From Candidatus Deferrimicrobia bacterium (GTDB taxonomy: Bacteria; Desulfobacterota; Deferrimicrobia; J040): a stretch of DNA of 32,563 nt. Positions 1 to 9,788 of the stretch are shown piece by piece (the stretch's first letter is position 1; each line of letters opens with the position of its first letter). The stretch is from assembly GCA_041563215.1 (NCBI GenBank), contig JBFFNJ010000003.1, positions 1-32,563 on the forward strand. The letters run 5' to 3'. The notes below the pieces were generated by a model. That model had not been told where the DNA came from and did no database searches. It was given only the letters and a program-made list of their open reading frames with translations. The translations under genes and the position numbers were made by a program.

Positions 1-581
1 ACAAGCAAGGTTATCTGCTTATTTCCTTCGGAAAGGGATATTTCCGCGACCTCGCCGTCAATCTTCAGGACGCTTTTGTCGCGAAGGGCCAAAACGTCTT
101 TGTCGAAGGTGCCCTTCAGGTTTCCGCTCGCGTGGTAGACCCGGTGGTCGTCGCCGATTCGAACGAAGGTGTGGCGGTGGGAGGGCGCCGTCTTCCCGAT
201 GTCCATCTTTCGCAGTGCGCCCCGGGGGCCGGCTATTTCCACGGAGGTCCTCTGGTTATCGTCAAGGTCGTAGATCCCGTAGTTCTTCGATTCAGAGGCG
301 AGGGCGGTCAGCGTGGGGGAGCCTACCCCGTCGATCATGTCCTTGACCTGGGAGGGGTCGGCCGGGTATTTCTGGGGGAGTATCAGCCACCGCTCGTGAT
401 CCCGCTCGAGGGTTATCTCTGACGATCCCTTTCGTATCGTTATTTTCGCTATGTCCGGTGCGGCTATCTTTTCCAGCGCCGGCAGCGCGTAGTGCGTCTT
501 CCCTCTCTTCTGGAGAAAGATATAGAGCGACAGCGCCGCGATGACCGCAATCAGTATGAAAAGCTCTCTTTTCACCTTCAT
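1..581 (-). CDS. DUF4340-type membrane-anchored protein (3' end runs off the window)
   Basis: Not in the ORF track. Hand translation from ATG at 581 gives MKVKRELFILIAVIAALSLYLFLQKRGK..., an N-terminal TM anchor, then W-x-I-x-P-x-K-YPAD and YGIYDLD; open to the window edge. It is the fourth gene of a GldA/F/G-like operon, the usual DUF4340 position. Confidence 0.75.
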   Translation of the reverse strand, partial: MKVKRELFILIAVIAALSLYIFLQKRGKTHYALPALEKIAAPDIAKITIRKGSSEITLERDHERWLILPQKYPADPSQVKDMIDGVGSPTLTALASESKNYGIYDLDDNQRTSVEIAGPRGALRKMDIGKTAPSHRHTFVRIGDDHRVYHASGNLKGTFDKDVLALRDKSVLKIDGEVAEISLSEGNKQITLL

Positions 582-595
582 GATCCGCGCCCCCG

Positions 596-2785
596 TCACG
601 CTTTCCCGAACATTTCCTGGACCATCCGTTTTCGCGACTTCCGCCTGAACCAGACAAAGAGCCCTGCGATGACCACGATCACGGGAAGCCCCACGATGTT
701 GGCCGTCTTGACGAAGGTCCTCGTTGCGGGCCTCACATCCGTCAGGGGGTTGAACCGCTGGGCCTTGGTGCGCATCAGGGCGTTGTCCTCCCGGTCGTTT
801 GCGTAATCGATGACGTTCATGATGAACTGGGCATTCGGGCTCCTGCCCTCGTCGTCTATGACGTTGTTCTTCAGGATTTCTGCGGTGCCGATGAGAAAAA
901 TTTTCCCCGGCTTGCCTTTTTCGATGGTTTCGGCCGTGGTCAGGAGGGTGGGTGTAACGCCGCCTTTCGCCTTATCGGCAGCACCCTTCCCGGCCGTCCC
1001 TTCCCCCTCGGTCTCCTCCTCCTTCACCGGGACGGGCCTGCCGGCAAAATAGCTCGGGAAGGGGCCTTCGAGGGTATAGGCGATGGCCATCTGCCGGTAT
1101 GCATGCTCCTCCGTTGGCGGTTGCATGAACAGGGGGTTTTGGTTTATCCCTTCCGCCATTTCCCAGGATCTTTCGGAGGAAGAGAAGAGCTTTTCCGCCT
1201 TGAGGCCGGCTTTCTTTATTTTTTCGTCTTCTATCTCCACCGGTGATGCCTTCAGCATGACCAGGCCCTTGATGTTTTTCAGAAAGGGTACGTCATTGTT
1301 GATGAACTCGCCTTTGATGATCGGCGCGAAGTAGATGGGCCGCTCTCCTCCGCCAAAAGCCCGTGAGATGCTCTGCTTGAAGCAGTTTTCATCCATGACG
1401 TAGGACTTTTTGACCGTTACCCCGTAATGGGCCAGGAGCTTTTCCAGCCCCGTCTCGATTGGCCTGGAAGCAGCCGGTCCGCCTCCCATCGCCATCCCCC
1501 CCTGTGGTGCCGACTCTTCGAAGGGGTCGAGGAAGATAGCGAGGTTTCTCCCCTTCATCAGGAACTGGTCGATCTGGTAGAGGTCATAGTCCGTGAATGG
1601 CTCTCGGGGGCCGGCGATGATGAGGGAGCGCAGGCCCTCGGGGATACCCTCCTCTTTGAGTTTCACCGGGGTGACCGTGTACTCCGCCGAAAGGAGGCTG
1701 CCGAACCGGGACAGGGGCTCCGTCCCGGGCTGGCCGAAAGCACCCTGCGTGGTTTCGAGGGGATGGGAGCCGTGGTCGGCGAGGTACCCGATCTTTTCGT
1801 TGACGTCGATTATGTTTTCAATGGTGTTTTCTATGTCCCCCGAAAGCTCCTCCATTTCCGCGAGGAGGTACTGGGTTCCGAAGACGGGGATCCGGACCAC
1901 CCTGATGATGGGGATCTCCTCTACCCTGTCGCCGTGCTCGACGATGATGCCCGCGTACCCGCTGTCTGCCGGTATCGTCCTGCCACTCCTGTCTTTGAAT
2001 GCCTCCCACCTGAGGGAGAGGATGTTGTATTCTTCCGCCTCCTTCCTGCCGTCTGCATCCCGGCTCGGATCGAGGTGCGTAAATGCGAGCCTGCCGTAGT
2101 TCTTTTCGTTCAACCGGGAAACGAGCTTCTCTGTTTCACCCGGGAGATCGGAAAGGCCGGGAAGGTTCATGTAGGGGGCCACGACCTCGAGGGAGGAGGA
2201 GAGGAACAGCTTTACGGAGATATTTTCCTTCAAGGACAGGAGGGCGCTGATCTTGTTGTTCATTTTCCTGATCGTCGATGTTATCTGGAACTCGAGCCCC
2301 TCCGTGGAGGTGATCGTGGGAATGGTTTCGATGATGTCGCCGTGTATGAAAACCATCCCCATGTGGGCCGTCTGAAACTTTACCTCGTCCTGCTCTATTT
2401 TCTGTATCTGTACGGGAAAAACACCGTAGTTCCGGGCGGCCTCCTGGTTTTGCCGGGCCCTTTCGTCGCCATCACTGGAGACGTTGTAGAACGCGTAGTT
2501 GAAATATCTGTTTCCGGCCAGGGAATACTCCTGCAGCAGGTCGCCGAGGTAGCGCTCGATGTTGTTGTACGGCGCGGGGAGGTTGCCCGTGAAGAACACC
2601 TTGATCGTGAGGGGTTCTGAGAGGGTTGCAACGGCGTCCCTGCTCGCCCGGGACAGCGAGTAGACTCGGCTGGAGGTGAGGTCGACCCTGAAAAAGAGGG
2701 TGGCGCCGGCAACGTTTAGCAGGACCACGACGATGGCGTACATGAGGAACCGGTAATACCTGGTGAGGTTGAGGGCTCTTCTCAT
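596..2785 (-). CDS. GldG-family ABC-transporter auxiliary protein
   Basis: N-terminal TM plus RVDLTSSRVYSLS; IGYLADHG, LIIAGPREPFT..DLYQIDQFLMKG and NAQFIMNVIDY motifs; C-terminal TM followed by a basic tail. Confidence 0.85.
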   Translation of the reverse strand: MRRALNLTRYYRFLMYAIVVVLLNVAGATLFFRVDLTSSRVYSLSRASRDAVATLSEPLTIKVFFTGNLPAPYNNIERYLGDLLQEYSLAGNRYFNYAFYNVSSDGDERARQNQEAARNYGVFPVQIQKIEQDEVKFQTAHMGMVFIHGDIIETIPTITSTEGLEFQITSTIRKMNNKISALLSLKENISVKLFLSSSLEVVAPYMNLPGLSDLPGETEKLVSRLNEKNYGRLAFTHLDPSRDADGRKEAEEYNILSLRWEAFKDRSGRTIPADSGYAGIIVEHGDRVEEIPIIRVVRIPVFGTQYLLAEMEELSGDIENTIENIIDVNEKIGYLADHGSHPLETTQGAFGQPGTEPLSRFGSLLSAEYTVTPVKLKEEGIPEGLRSLIIAGPREPFTDYDLYQIDQFLMKGRNLAIFLDPFEESAPQGGMAMGGGPAASRPIETGLEKLLAHYGVTVKKSYVMDENCFKQSISRAFGGGERPIYFAPIIKGEFINNDVPFLKNIKGLVMLKASPVEIEDEKIKKAGLKAEKLFSSSERSWEMAEGINQNPLFMQPPTEEHAYRQMAIAYTLEGPFPSYFAGRPVPVKEEETEGEGTAGKGAADKAKGGVTPTLLTTAETIEKGKPGKIFLIGTAEILKNNVIDDEGRSPNAQFIMNVIDYANDREDNALMRTKAQRFNPLTDVRPATRTFVKTANIVGLPVIVVIAGLFVWFRRKSRKRMVQEMFGKA

Positions 2786-2795
2786 GGCTGGCTCC

Positions 2796-3500
2796 TCACG
2801 ACTTTTCCTGAATAACCAGGTGGGTCAGGTAGAGCATGACGAAGCAGACGCTCAAAAAGTAGAGAACGTCCCTCGAGTCCAGTATCCCCCGGGAAATGTT
2901 CTGGAAGTGAAAATCGGCGCCGAGGAACTGGAAGACGCCGAGGGCGGCTTCGGGGAGGAAGAAGAGCATCTTGTCGACGAGGGTTGTGACGATGCAGATG
3001 GTCATCCCGACGATGAAGGCGATGATCTGGTTCCGGGTGAGGGAAGAGGCGAAGAGCCCGATGGCCGAGAATGCCGCGCCAAGGAGCATTGCCCCCGCGT
3101 ACCCGCCGATCCACGGGCCGATGTCCAGGTCTCCCATGAAGGAGATGAAGATACCGTAGGAGAGGGTGGGGATGAGCATGAGGACGACGAAGGAAAAAGC
3201 GGCAAGGAACTTCCCGATGATGATCTCCGCGGAAGATACGGGCATGGTGGAAAGAAGCTCGAAGGAGCCCGTGTTGAACTCCTCGGAGAAGAGGCGCATG
3301 GTGACGGCGGGGATGACGAAGGAAAACATCACCGGAAGCAGGGAGAAGAAGCTCCGGAGTTCCGCCTGATTGAAGAGGAAGAAGGTGGAGAAGAAGAACC
3401 AGCCGGACAGGATGAGGAACAGGGAGATGACGATGTATGCGATGGGGGAAATGAAGTACCCCTTGAATTCCTTGGCGAATATGTGGGCCGCGTTTTTCAT
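2796..3500 (-). CDS. ABC-2 type permease (GldF-like)
   Basis: KEFKGYFISPIAYIV, PAVTMRLFSEE..TGSFELLSTMPV..IIIGKFLA and SSLTRNQIIAF motifs; about 6 TM segments. Confidence 0.9.
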   Translation of the reverse strand: MKNAAHIFAKEFKGYFISPIAYIVISLFLILSGWFFFSTFFLFNQAELRSFFSLLPVMFSFVIPAVTMRLFSEEFNTGSFELLSTMPVSSAEIIIGKFLAAFSFVVLMLIPTLSYGIFISFMGDLDIGPWIGGYAGAMLLGAAFSAIGLFASSLTRNQIIAFIVGMTICIVTTLVDKMLFFLPEAALGVFQFLGADFHFQNISRGILDSRDVLYFLSVCFVMLYLTHLVIQEKS

Positions 3501-4438
3501 CGCTGGCCCTCCCGGGTCAGCTCCCGGAAAATCGTCTCGAGGGCCCGTGTATGCCTCCGAAATTCCAGAAGGAGCCAGTTCCTCTCCCTGATGATGCGGT
3601 AGATGTCGGGACGCAGGTCCCCTTCATTGCTGATGGAGAGGGAAAAGTCGAGGATCCCGTTTTCGAAGCTGTTCAGCGTCGTTTCCGTGACGCCGGGAAG
3701 CCCGTCGAAGGCGTTTTTGACCTCGAAAAATTCGGTGTTCTTCAGGGAAACGCTGACGGTGTATTCCCTTCCCGTTCCCTCTTTCAGCTCCTCAGTCGCC
3801 CCGTCGGCGACGATCCTGCCCCGGTTGATTATGATGACCCTGTCGCAGGTGGCCTCCACTTCGCTCAGGATGTGGGTCGACAGGATCACCGTCTTTTCCC
3901 TGCCGATTTCCTTGATGATGTCCCGGATCTCGACGATCTGGTTCGGGTCGAGCCCCGAGGTGGGCTCGTCCAGCACGAGTATCTCGGGCTCGTCCATCAT
4001 GGCCTGCGCGAGGCCGACCCGCTGCTTGTACCCTTTGGAGAGCTCCTGCACGGGCTTGTGCATGACCTCTGAAACTCCGCACAGCCCGGCCACCTCCCCT
4101 ATCCTTGATTCTTTCCTTTTTCCCGATAGCCGCCTCACATCGGCCACGAAGGCGAGGAAGTCGTACACCAGCATCTCCGGGTAGAGGGGGGCCGATTCGG
4201 GAAGGTAGCCGATCATTTTCCTGATTTCCAGCGGGTGCTCGTGAATGCTCAAGTTTTTCACGCTGATATTTCCCGAGGTTGGCTGAAGGAAGCAGGTGAG
4301 AATCCGCAGGGTTGTCGTCTTGCCGGCGCCGTTTGGCCCCAGGAGCCCGATGATTTCTCCCCGGGCAATCTTAAAGCTGATCCCGTCCACGGCGCGGACG
4401 CTGCCGTAGTGCTTGGTGAGCCCATCAATACGGATCAT
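3497..4438 (-). CDS. ABC transporter ATP-binding protein (GldA-like)
   Basis: Walker A GPNGAGKTT, signature LSKGYKQR, Walker B ILVLDEPTSGLD, H-loop STH. Start moved to ATG 4438 (MIRIDGLTKHYG), which has a purine-rich RBS; ATGA overlap with the permease gene. Confidence 0.92.
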   Translation of the reverse strand: MIRIDGLTKHYGSVRAVDGISFKIARGEIIGLLGPNGAGKTTTLRILTCFLQPTSGNISVKNLSIHEHPLEIRKMIGYLPESAPLYPEMLVYDFLAFVADVRRLSGKRKESRIGEVAGLCGVSEVMHKPVQELSKGYKQRVGLAQAMMDEPEILVLDEPTSGLDPNQIVEIRDIIKEIGREKTVILSTHILSEVEATCDRVIIINRGRIVADGATEELKEGTGREYTVSVSLKNTEFFEVKNAFDGLPGVTETTLNSFENGILDFSLSISNEGDLRPDIYRIIRERNWLLLEFRRHTRALETIFRELTREGQR

Positions 4439-4561
4439 GGATCCCTCTCTTTCCAATGCGGTGCCGGTTTGCATTTTGGGTTCGTTATTGATGTCTGACC
4501 GGGTAGCGGCCCCTTTTTTCCATGATAGTGAGGGTTCGGGAGGAAAATTCCCGTTCCCGGT

Positions 4562-4591
4562 AATATAGTATACCCCCCTTTGGCCTGTCAA
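4562..4591 (-). promoter_or_regulatory. Putative sigma-70 promoter of the Gld-like ABC operon
   Basis: Minus strand TTGACA-N18-TATATT, about 120 bp upstream of ATG 4438. Confidence 0.55.
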
Positions 4592-4618
4592 GCGGTGACA
4601 CCTGCGGCTCCTTCGCTC

Positions 4619-5491
4619 CTAGATACCCGACGCCTCCCGGATGCTGCGGGCGATGGCCGAGATATCCTCGTCGCCGTATCCCCGGGCGATCAGTCCCGTC
4701 TCCGCCTGCGCAACGCTGGCAGCCACGGGCATAACGACGCCCAGCTCCCGTCCGATTTCAAGGGCGATGTCCAGATCCTTCCGGTGGAGCCGGAGCCTAA
4801 ATCCCGGGGGGTAGGTGTTGTCGATCATGTTCCCGGACCGGTGTATGAGGGCCCAGGAGCTGGCAGCCCCGCCGGAGGTCGCCTGGACCACCTTTTCCAT
4901 GTCGAGCCCCGCTTTCAGCCCCAGCGCGATACCCTCGGCAACGCTGAAGTAGGTTCCTGCCACGATGATCTGGTTGATGGCCTTGGTGAGCTGGCCGGTC
5001 CCCACCGGCCCCGTGTGGGTGATCGTGCTTCCCATTACGGCCAGCACCGGTCCCGCCCGTTCCACGTCTTTCGCCTCACCCCCCACCATGATGGACAGGG
5101 TTCCCTTCCTGGCCCCCTCCGAGCCGCCCGAGACGGGCGCATCGATCATCTGAACGCCCTTTTCCGCGAGCCTTTCCGCCATCCGCCGGGTGGCACGCGG
5201 GCTGATCGTGGACATGTCCACCACGAGGGCTCCCCGTTTCGCCCCGTGGATCACCCCTGCCTCTCCGAGGATGACATCTTCCACGTCGGGGGTGTCGCTG
5301 ACGCAGGTGATGATCAGGTCGCAGCCTCCTGCCGCGTTACGGGGCGTCTGGGCCCGTGATGCCCCCTCTCTGGCCAGGGCCTCCTCCTTTTCTCTCGTCC
5401 TGTTGTGCACGGTGAGATCATATCCCGCCCTGAGGATGTTCAGGGCCATGGGTGCCCCCATGGTTCCCATGCCGATAAAGGCGACTTTCAT
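4619..5491 (-). CDS. NAD(P)-dependent beta-hydroxyacid dehydrogenase (3-hydroxyisobutyrate dehydrogenase / tartronate semialdehyde reductase family)
   Basis: MKVAFIGMGTMGAPMA Rossmann motif, DAPVSGG, GTGQLTKAINQ (catalytic Lys), F-x-L-x-L-x-x-KDL. AAGGAGG RBS precedes ATG 5491. Confidence 0.9.
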   Translation of the reverse strand: MKVAFIGMGTMGAPMALNILRAGYDLTVHNRTREKEEALAREGASRAQTPRNAAGGCDLIITCVSDTPDVEDVILGEAGVIHGAKRGALVVDMSTISPRATRRMAERLAEKGVQMIDAPVSGGSEGARKGTLSIMVGGEAKDVERAGPVLAVMGSTITHTGPVGTGQLTKAINQIIVAGTYFSVAEGIALGLKAGLDMEKVVQATSGGAASSWALIHRSGNMIDNTYPPGFRLRLHRKDLDIALEIGRELGVVMPVAASVAQAETGLIARGYGDEDISAIARSIREASGI

Positions 5492-5728
5492 ACGCACCTC
5501 CTTCGCTTCTTCACACACGATAGTTGTATCACCCTCCGGGCCGGGAATCCAGCCGTCCCGTGGAGCCCGGTTTGCCGCGGCTCTTGCCCGCCGCCGATCC
5601 ATTCGGGGCATCTCACGGGGCCGCACCGGTGTGCATCTTTCCGATTTCTCGAGCCGGGCAGTTCCGTGATAGTATTGGTGAAATGCTGGGCGGAGGTCTT
5701 TACCGTGGCGCCTGAGAATGGGGAAAAG

Positions 5729-6535
5729 ATGGCAGATTTCAATGCCCATGTCTCCCTGGGGCGCACGGGCCTTGCCGTGAGCAGGCTCTGTATCGGGGCA
5801 TCTTACGGGGCCCCCGCTGCGGCCCTGGAGAGAGCCTACCACGAGGGCGGCGTCAACTTTTTCTATTGGGGTGCCATCAGGCGCCGGAGCATGAGAGATG
5901 CCATACGGAACCTGGTGCGCCATCAGCGGGACCGTATCGTGGTAGCGCTCCAGTCCTACGATCACCTGGGGTACCTCATGGAAACATTCCTGAACAGGGG
6001 GCTGCGCGCGCTCCTGATCGAACGGGCAGACATCCTGATCCTTGGCGGATACAACAGGGTCCCGTCGAAACGGGTCATCGACGAGGCGGTGAGACTCAGG
6101 GATAAGGGGGTTGTCCGGTATCTCGCCCTGTCGGGCCACAACCGCGCCCTTTTCGGCGAGCTTGCACAAAGGGACGATCTTCCCATCGACGTCTACATGA
6201 TCCGCTACAACCCCGCCCACCGGGGAGCGGAGGAGGATGTCTTCCCATACCTGCCCCGGGAAAACCGGCCCGGTATCATGGCCTTTACGGCAACCCGCTG
6301 GGGGAGCCTGCTCAAGGCGAAGCGGATGCCCCCGGGCGAGCGGCCTCTGACCTCATCCGAGTGCTACCGCTTCGTTCTCACGAGCCCGTACGTGGACGTC
6401 TGCCAGACGGGGCCGAGAAACGAAGGAGAGGTGGACGATGCCCTGGTCACTCTCGATGGGGGCCCCCTCACCGAAGCCGAGATGGCCCGGGTTTGCAGGA
6501 TCGGTGATTACGTGTACCGGATCGGGAAGAGGTGA
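5729..6535 (+). CDS. Aldo/keto reductase-fold protein (divergent)
   Basis: SLGRTGLAVSRLCIG, LRDKGVVRYLALSGH and MIRYNPAHRGAE motifs. Start set at ATG 5729. Canonical catalytic residues appear replaced. Confidence 0.8.
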   Translation: MADFNAHVSLGRTGLAVSRLCIGASYGAPAAALERAYHEGGVNFFYWGAIRRRSMRDAIRNLVRHQRDRIVVALQSYDHLGYLMETFLNRGLRALLIERADILILGGYNRVPSKRVIDEAVRLRDKGVVRYLALSGHNRALFGELAQRDDLPIDVYMIRYNPAHRGAEEDVFPYLPRENRPGIMAFTATRWGSLLKAKRMPPGERPLTSSECYRFVLTSPYVDVCQTGPRNEGEVDDALVTLDGGPLTEAEMARVCRIGDYVYRIGKR

Positions 6536-6542
6536 GGGCTGA

Positions 6543-7427
6543 TCAGGGACGAACGTCTTCGCTGCTGCCGACCCGGGCCGCCTCCCATCCCAGGATCGCC
6601 TTCTTTCTCGCCGGTCCCCCGCCGTAGTTGCCGAAGGCCCCCGTCGATCTGATAACCCGGTGGCACGGGATGAGATAGGCGACAGGGTTCTGGCCCACGG
6701 CCGTGCCGACGGCTCGGGCGGCCCCGGGGAAACCGGCACTTTCGGCGAGATCACCATACGTGACCACGGCCCCGGGAGGTATGTGCAGCAGTGCCTCCCA
6801 GACCCGGATCTGCAGGTTCGTCCCCGCAAGGTGGAGGCTTAACGGGTATTCGCCCTCCCTCCGGTTCCGGGAAAAAATCCGCTCTATCAGGGGACGGGTA
6901 CCCTTCCGGTCCTCCCGGAATGTTGCCCCGGGCCAGAGCAAAGTGAGATCGGCAAACTTCCGGTCAAACTCTCCCGGTGGAATGAACGTGAGCCTGGTAA
7001 CCCCGCGCTCTGTGGCGGCGATCAGGCATTCTCCGAAGGGGCTGTCGTGAACTCCGTACCGGATGGTCGAACCCTCCCCGAAATTCTTCACCTCACCCGG
7101 CGTCATGGCGTGGACGCTGACCATGAGGTCGTGGAGGCGTCCGGGCCCCGACAGGCCCGCATCGATTGCCGCTTCGAGGACGGTTCGAGACCTCGAGAGG
7201 ACCCGCCGTGCATATTCAGCGGTCAGGAATTGAAGAAACCTCTTCGGGCTGACGCCGGAAAAGCGCCTGAAGAGGCGCTGAAAATGGTATTCGCTCAGTC
7301 CCACGTGCTCTGCCACCTCGGCGAGGGAGGGCTGGCTCCCGGTTTTTCCTTCGAGGAAGCGTATCGCCTTTTCCACTCTCTCGTAATCCCTCGTCAGGGA
7401 GCTCTTTGCAACCGATTGCCGGCTCAT
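6543..7427 (-). CDS. AraC-HTH / methylated-DNA-protein-cysteine methyltransferase fusion (Ada-like, without the N-terminal Zn domain)
   Basis: LAEVAEHVGLSEYHFQRLF HTH; GTNLQIRVWEALLHIP..TYGDLA..ARAVGTAVGQNPVAYLIPCHRVI with the PCHR active site. Confidence 0.9.
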   Translation of the reverse strand: MSRQSVAKSSLTRDYERVEKAIRFLEGKTGSQPSLAEVAEHVGLSEYHFQRLFRRFSGVSPKRFLQFLTAEYARRVLSRSRTVLEAAIDAGLSGPGRLHDLMVSVHAMTPGEVKNFGEGSTIRYGVHDSPFGECLIAATERGVTRLTFIPPGEFDRKFADLTLLWPGATFREDRKGTRPLIERIFSRNRREGEYPLSLHLAGTNLQIRVWEALLHIPPGAVVTYGDLAESAGFPGAARAVGTAVGQNPVAYLIPCHRVIRSTGAFGNYGGGPARKKAILGWEAARVGSSEDVRP

Positions 7428-7619
7428 GGTTCAATGGTGGGCGAAAGAGGGGAAAGAAGCAACCCGAATCTTGCTCTTTTCGCCGTTCCTGAAATTCGCA
7501 GCCGCTGCTCGTCCCGCCCGGGGCCGGCACCCGATAAATGGCCTATGACGAATTTACGCCGCGGGTTACAATGTCCTGGTAGAAGGGGTGTCATCTCAAA
7601 CGAGCGGGAGGGAAGAAGG

Positions 7620-8396
7620 ATGAAGAGAGTAGGGGGAGTTTTCCTGACGGTTTTCGCTCTTGTGCTTCTGTTTGCCGCCACCTCCGGGGCCGGCGTGATA
7701 CTCGTTGACCGGAGCGGGAGCAAGACCCTCATATCCGGGGGCAAGTTCAAGGAGGTCTCGGAGGAGGATGCGCAGACGATGATCTTCGATGTGAACAGCG
7801 GTGTGCTGACCATCGTCGATCGTGAGCGGCAGGTTTACACCAGCGGGACGGTCGACGAGTTCTGCAGCGAGGCCTCCGGGGCGATCGGGGCAGCCATGGA
7901 GGGGATGAGCGAAGAGGAACGGGCGATGGTGAAGCAGTTCATGGAGATGGCGAAGCAGAAGAGAACGCAGGCTCCTCCCGATGTGAGGGTGACCGGAACG
8001 GGCAGCGGCGGTGAGGTTGCGGGGCTTCCCACGACGAAATACCGGGTTGAGGTCGACGGTGCGCTCTTCGAGGAGATCTGGCTCACCGACGACGAAACGA
8101 TACTGAAAGAGTTCAGGAGCTTGAGCAAGCTTGCGGACATGACGTCGAAGATGGCCGGCTGCACCCTGGGAGAGGCGGGCCTGGATGTCTCGAGCTCGCC
8201 CTATGCCACGCCGCAGTTCAGGGAGCTCTTCACGAAAGGATATCCCCTGAAGGTGCGCTCCTACGGGGAAGGATCGGTGTCGGACCAGGAGGAGGTGGTG
8301 GAGGTCAGAAAAGAAGCCATCCCCGACTCAGAGTTCGATCCGCCCGGCGGGTACAGGAAGATCTCCTTCGGGGAGATGCTGCAGCAGGACAGGTGA
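7620..8396 (+). CDS. Secreted protein, DUF4412-like
   Basis: Signal peptide MKRVGGVFLTVFALVLLFAATSGA; TG-x(4)-VAGLPTTKY, EIWLT, GYPLK and IPDSEFDPPGGY motifs. RBS upstream of ATG 7620. Confidence 0.7.
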   Translation: MKRVGGVFLTVFALVLLFAATSGAGVILVDRSGSKTLISGGKFKEVSEEDAQTMIFDVNSGVLTIVDRERQVYTSGTVDEFCSEASGAIGAAMEGMSEEERAMVKQFMEMAKQKRTQAPPDVRVTGTGSGGEVAGLPTTKYRVEVDGALFEEIWLTDDETILKEFRSLSKLADMTSKMAGCTLGEAGLDVSSSPYATPQFRELFTKGYPLKVRSYGEGSVSDQEEVVEVRKEAIPDSEFDPPGGYRKISFGEMLQQDR

Positions 8397-8644
8397 CGGC
8401 AAAACCGAAGGACGCTTGCCGGCATCTGAAATATACAGGGTGCCAGATTTCCCGACACGGGAAGGGAGGCGAGCGTGATCTGCCTGGTTTTCTATCGTGC
8501 CGCAGAAGGTTTCTCTAGGAGAGGTAACCTGTCCGGGGCATTTTGGCAGGGGATTCTCTTCCCTGAATTTCTGACGGGGTGTTTTCCGCTCGAAAGGATT
8601 TTTCTTCCCCGGTTCCCCCCGGCTGCCGTGGAGGTGGTGAGGCC

Positions 8645-9604
8645 GTGAAGATCCTCATCTACGGCGGCGGAGCGGTGGGGCTCGGCGTGGCGAGCTGCCT
8701 CATCAAGTCGGGCCAGGAGGTGGACGTCATCGCCCGTGATCAAACCGCCTCCCTCCTTTCCGGGGAAGGGCTGGCAAGAGAGGGGATCTTCGGCACCCAC
8801 CATGCGGGGCCGGGAACCTTCCGCGCCTGTTCCTCCCTCGACGATCTTCCCGGGGGTGCCTACGACTTCGTCATCGTCAGCACGAAGGCCCACGATTCAA
8901 AAGAGGCGGCGCGGGACCTCTCCTCCCACCCCCGCCTGCTGGGAGACCGCGCCAACATCGTCCTGTTCCAGAACGGCTGGGGAGGCGCCCAGCTGTTCAC
9001 CGCCTTCTTCCCGGCCGAACGGGTCTTCAATGCCCGCGTGATTACCGGCTTTATAAGGCCCCGAAAGAACCGCGTGGTGGTAACCGTTCACGCCGACGCG
9101 ATCCGTATCGGGAACCTGTTCGCCGACGTGCCTTCCGGGCTGGATGCCCTCTGTGAGGCGATATCCGCCGGGGGGATACCCTGTTCCGTGACCCCCTCTG
9201 TCGGCAGGGACCTGTGGGCAAAGATGCTCTACAACTGTGCCCTCAACGCGCTCGGGGCCATATTCGAGGTTCCCTACGGGGTGCTCGGCGCGTTTCCCCA
9301 TACCCGGGAAGTCATGGGGAGGGTGGTGGAGGAGGTTTTCCTGGTCATGCAGCGCGCGGGCAACGAAACCCACTGGGAGTCTGCCACCGATTACCTCGAC
9401 GCCTTCTACGGGACGCTGCTTCCGCCCACGGCCGAGCACGAGTCCTCGATGCTCCAGGACATCCGGGAGGGGAAAAAAACGGAGATCGATTTTTTGAACG
9501 GGGCCGTCGTTTCGCTGGGAAGAGATGCGGGCGTGGACACCCCCGTGAACCTGGTGCTGTGGGATATGGTGAAATTTTTGGAGGCGCGCTCCGCCTCCCG
9601 CTGA
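8645..9604 (+). CDS. panE: 2-dehydropantoate 2-reductase (ketopantoate reductase)
   Basis: ILIYGGGAVG, VSTKAH, LFQNGWG, LWAKMLYNCALN and SSMLQDIREGKKTEIDFLNG motifs. GTG start after GGAGGTG. Confidence 0.88.
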   Translation: MKILIYGGGAVGLGVASCLIKSGQEVDVIARDQTASLLSGEGLAREGIFGTHHAGPGTFRACSSLDDLPGGAYDFVIVSTKAHDSKEAARDLSSHPRLLGDRANIVLFQNGWGGAQLFTAFFPAERVFNARVITGFIRPRKNRVVVTVHADAIRIGNLFADVPSGLDALCEAISAGGIPCSVTPSVGRDLWAKMLYNCALNALGAIFEVPYGVLGAFPHTREVMGRVVEEVFLVMQRAGNETHWESATDYLDAFYGTLLPPTAEHESSMLQDIREGKKTEIDFLNGAVVSLGRDAGVDTPVNLVLWDMVKFLEARSASR

Positions 9605-9715
9605 AGGACCCCGTTCACTACCTAACCTGCTGAAATAGGTTCACTTTATATGCTCGGCGACTTTCCGTGAAAAGTCGGGCAGGGGGGGAGTACGGCCGGG
9701 GGAGCCTGCCAATTT

Positions 9716-9732
9716 TGTGGAAAAATTCCTCA
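9716..9732. promoter_or_regulatory. 17-bp imperfect palindrome, candidate binding site of the NtrC-type regulator
   Basis: TGTGGAAAAATTCCTCA; matches TGTGGAAAATTTCCATA at 13333 at 14 of 17 positions. Confidence 0.5.
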
Positions 9733-9788
9733 ATATAATATATATTTAATTATAGTGGAAAGCCGGATCGAGGGAGGGCGGTCCCGCC

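Noticed and set aside
1-4438. Gliding motility locus
   Set aside because: GldAFG-like ABC modules are widespread in non-gliding bacteria, and no other gld/spr genes are present.
5492-6220. N-terminal extension of the 533-aa ORF 4619..6220
   Set aside because: It overlaps the AKR gene on the opposite strand; the real start has a strong RBS at the Rossmann motif.
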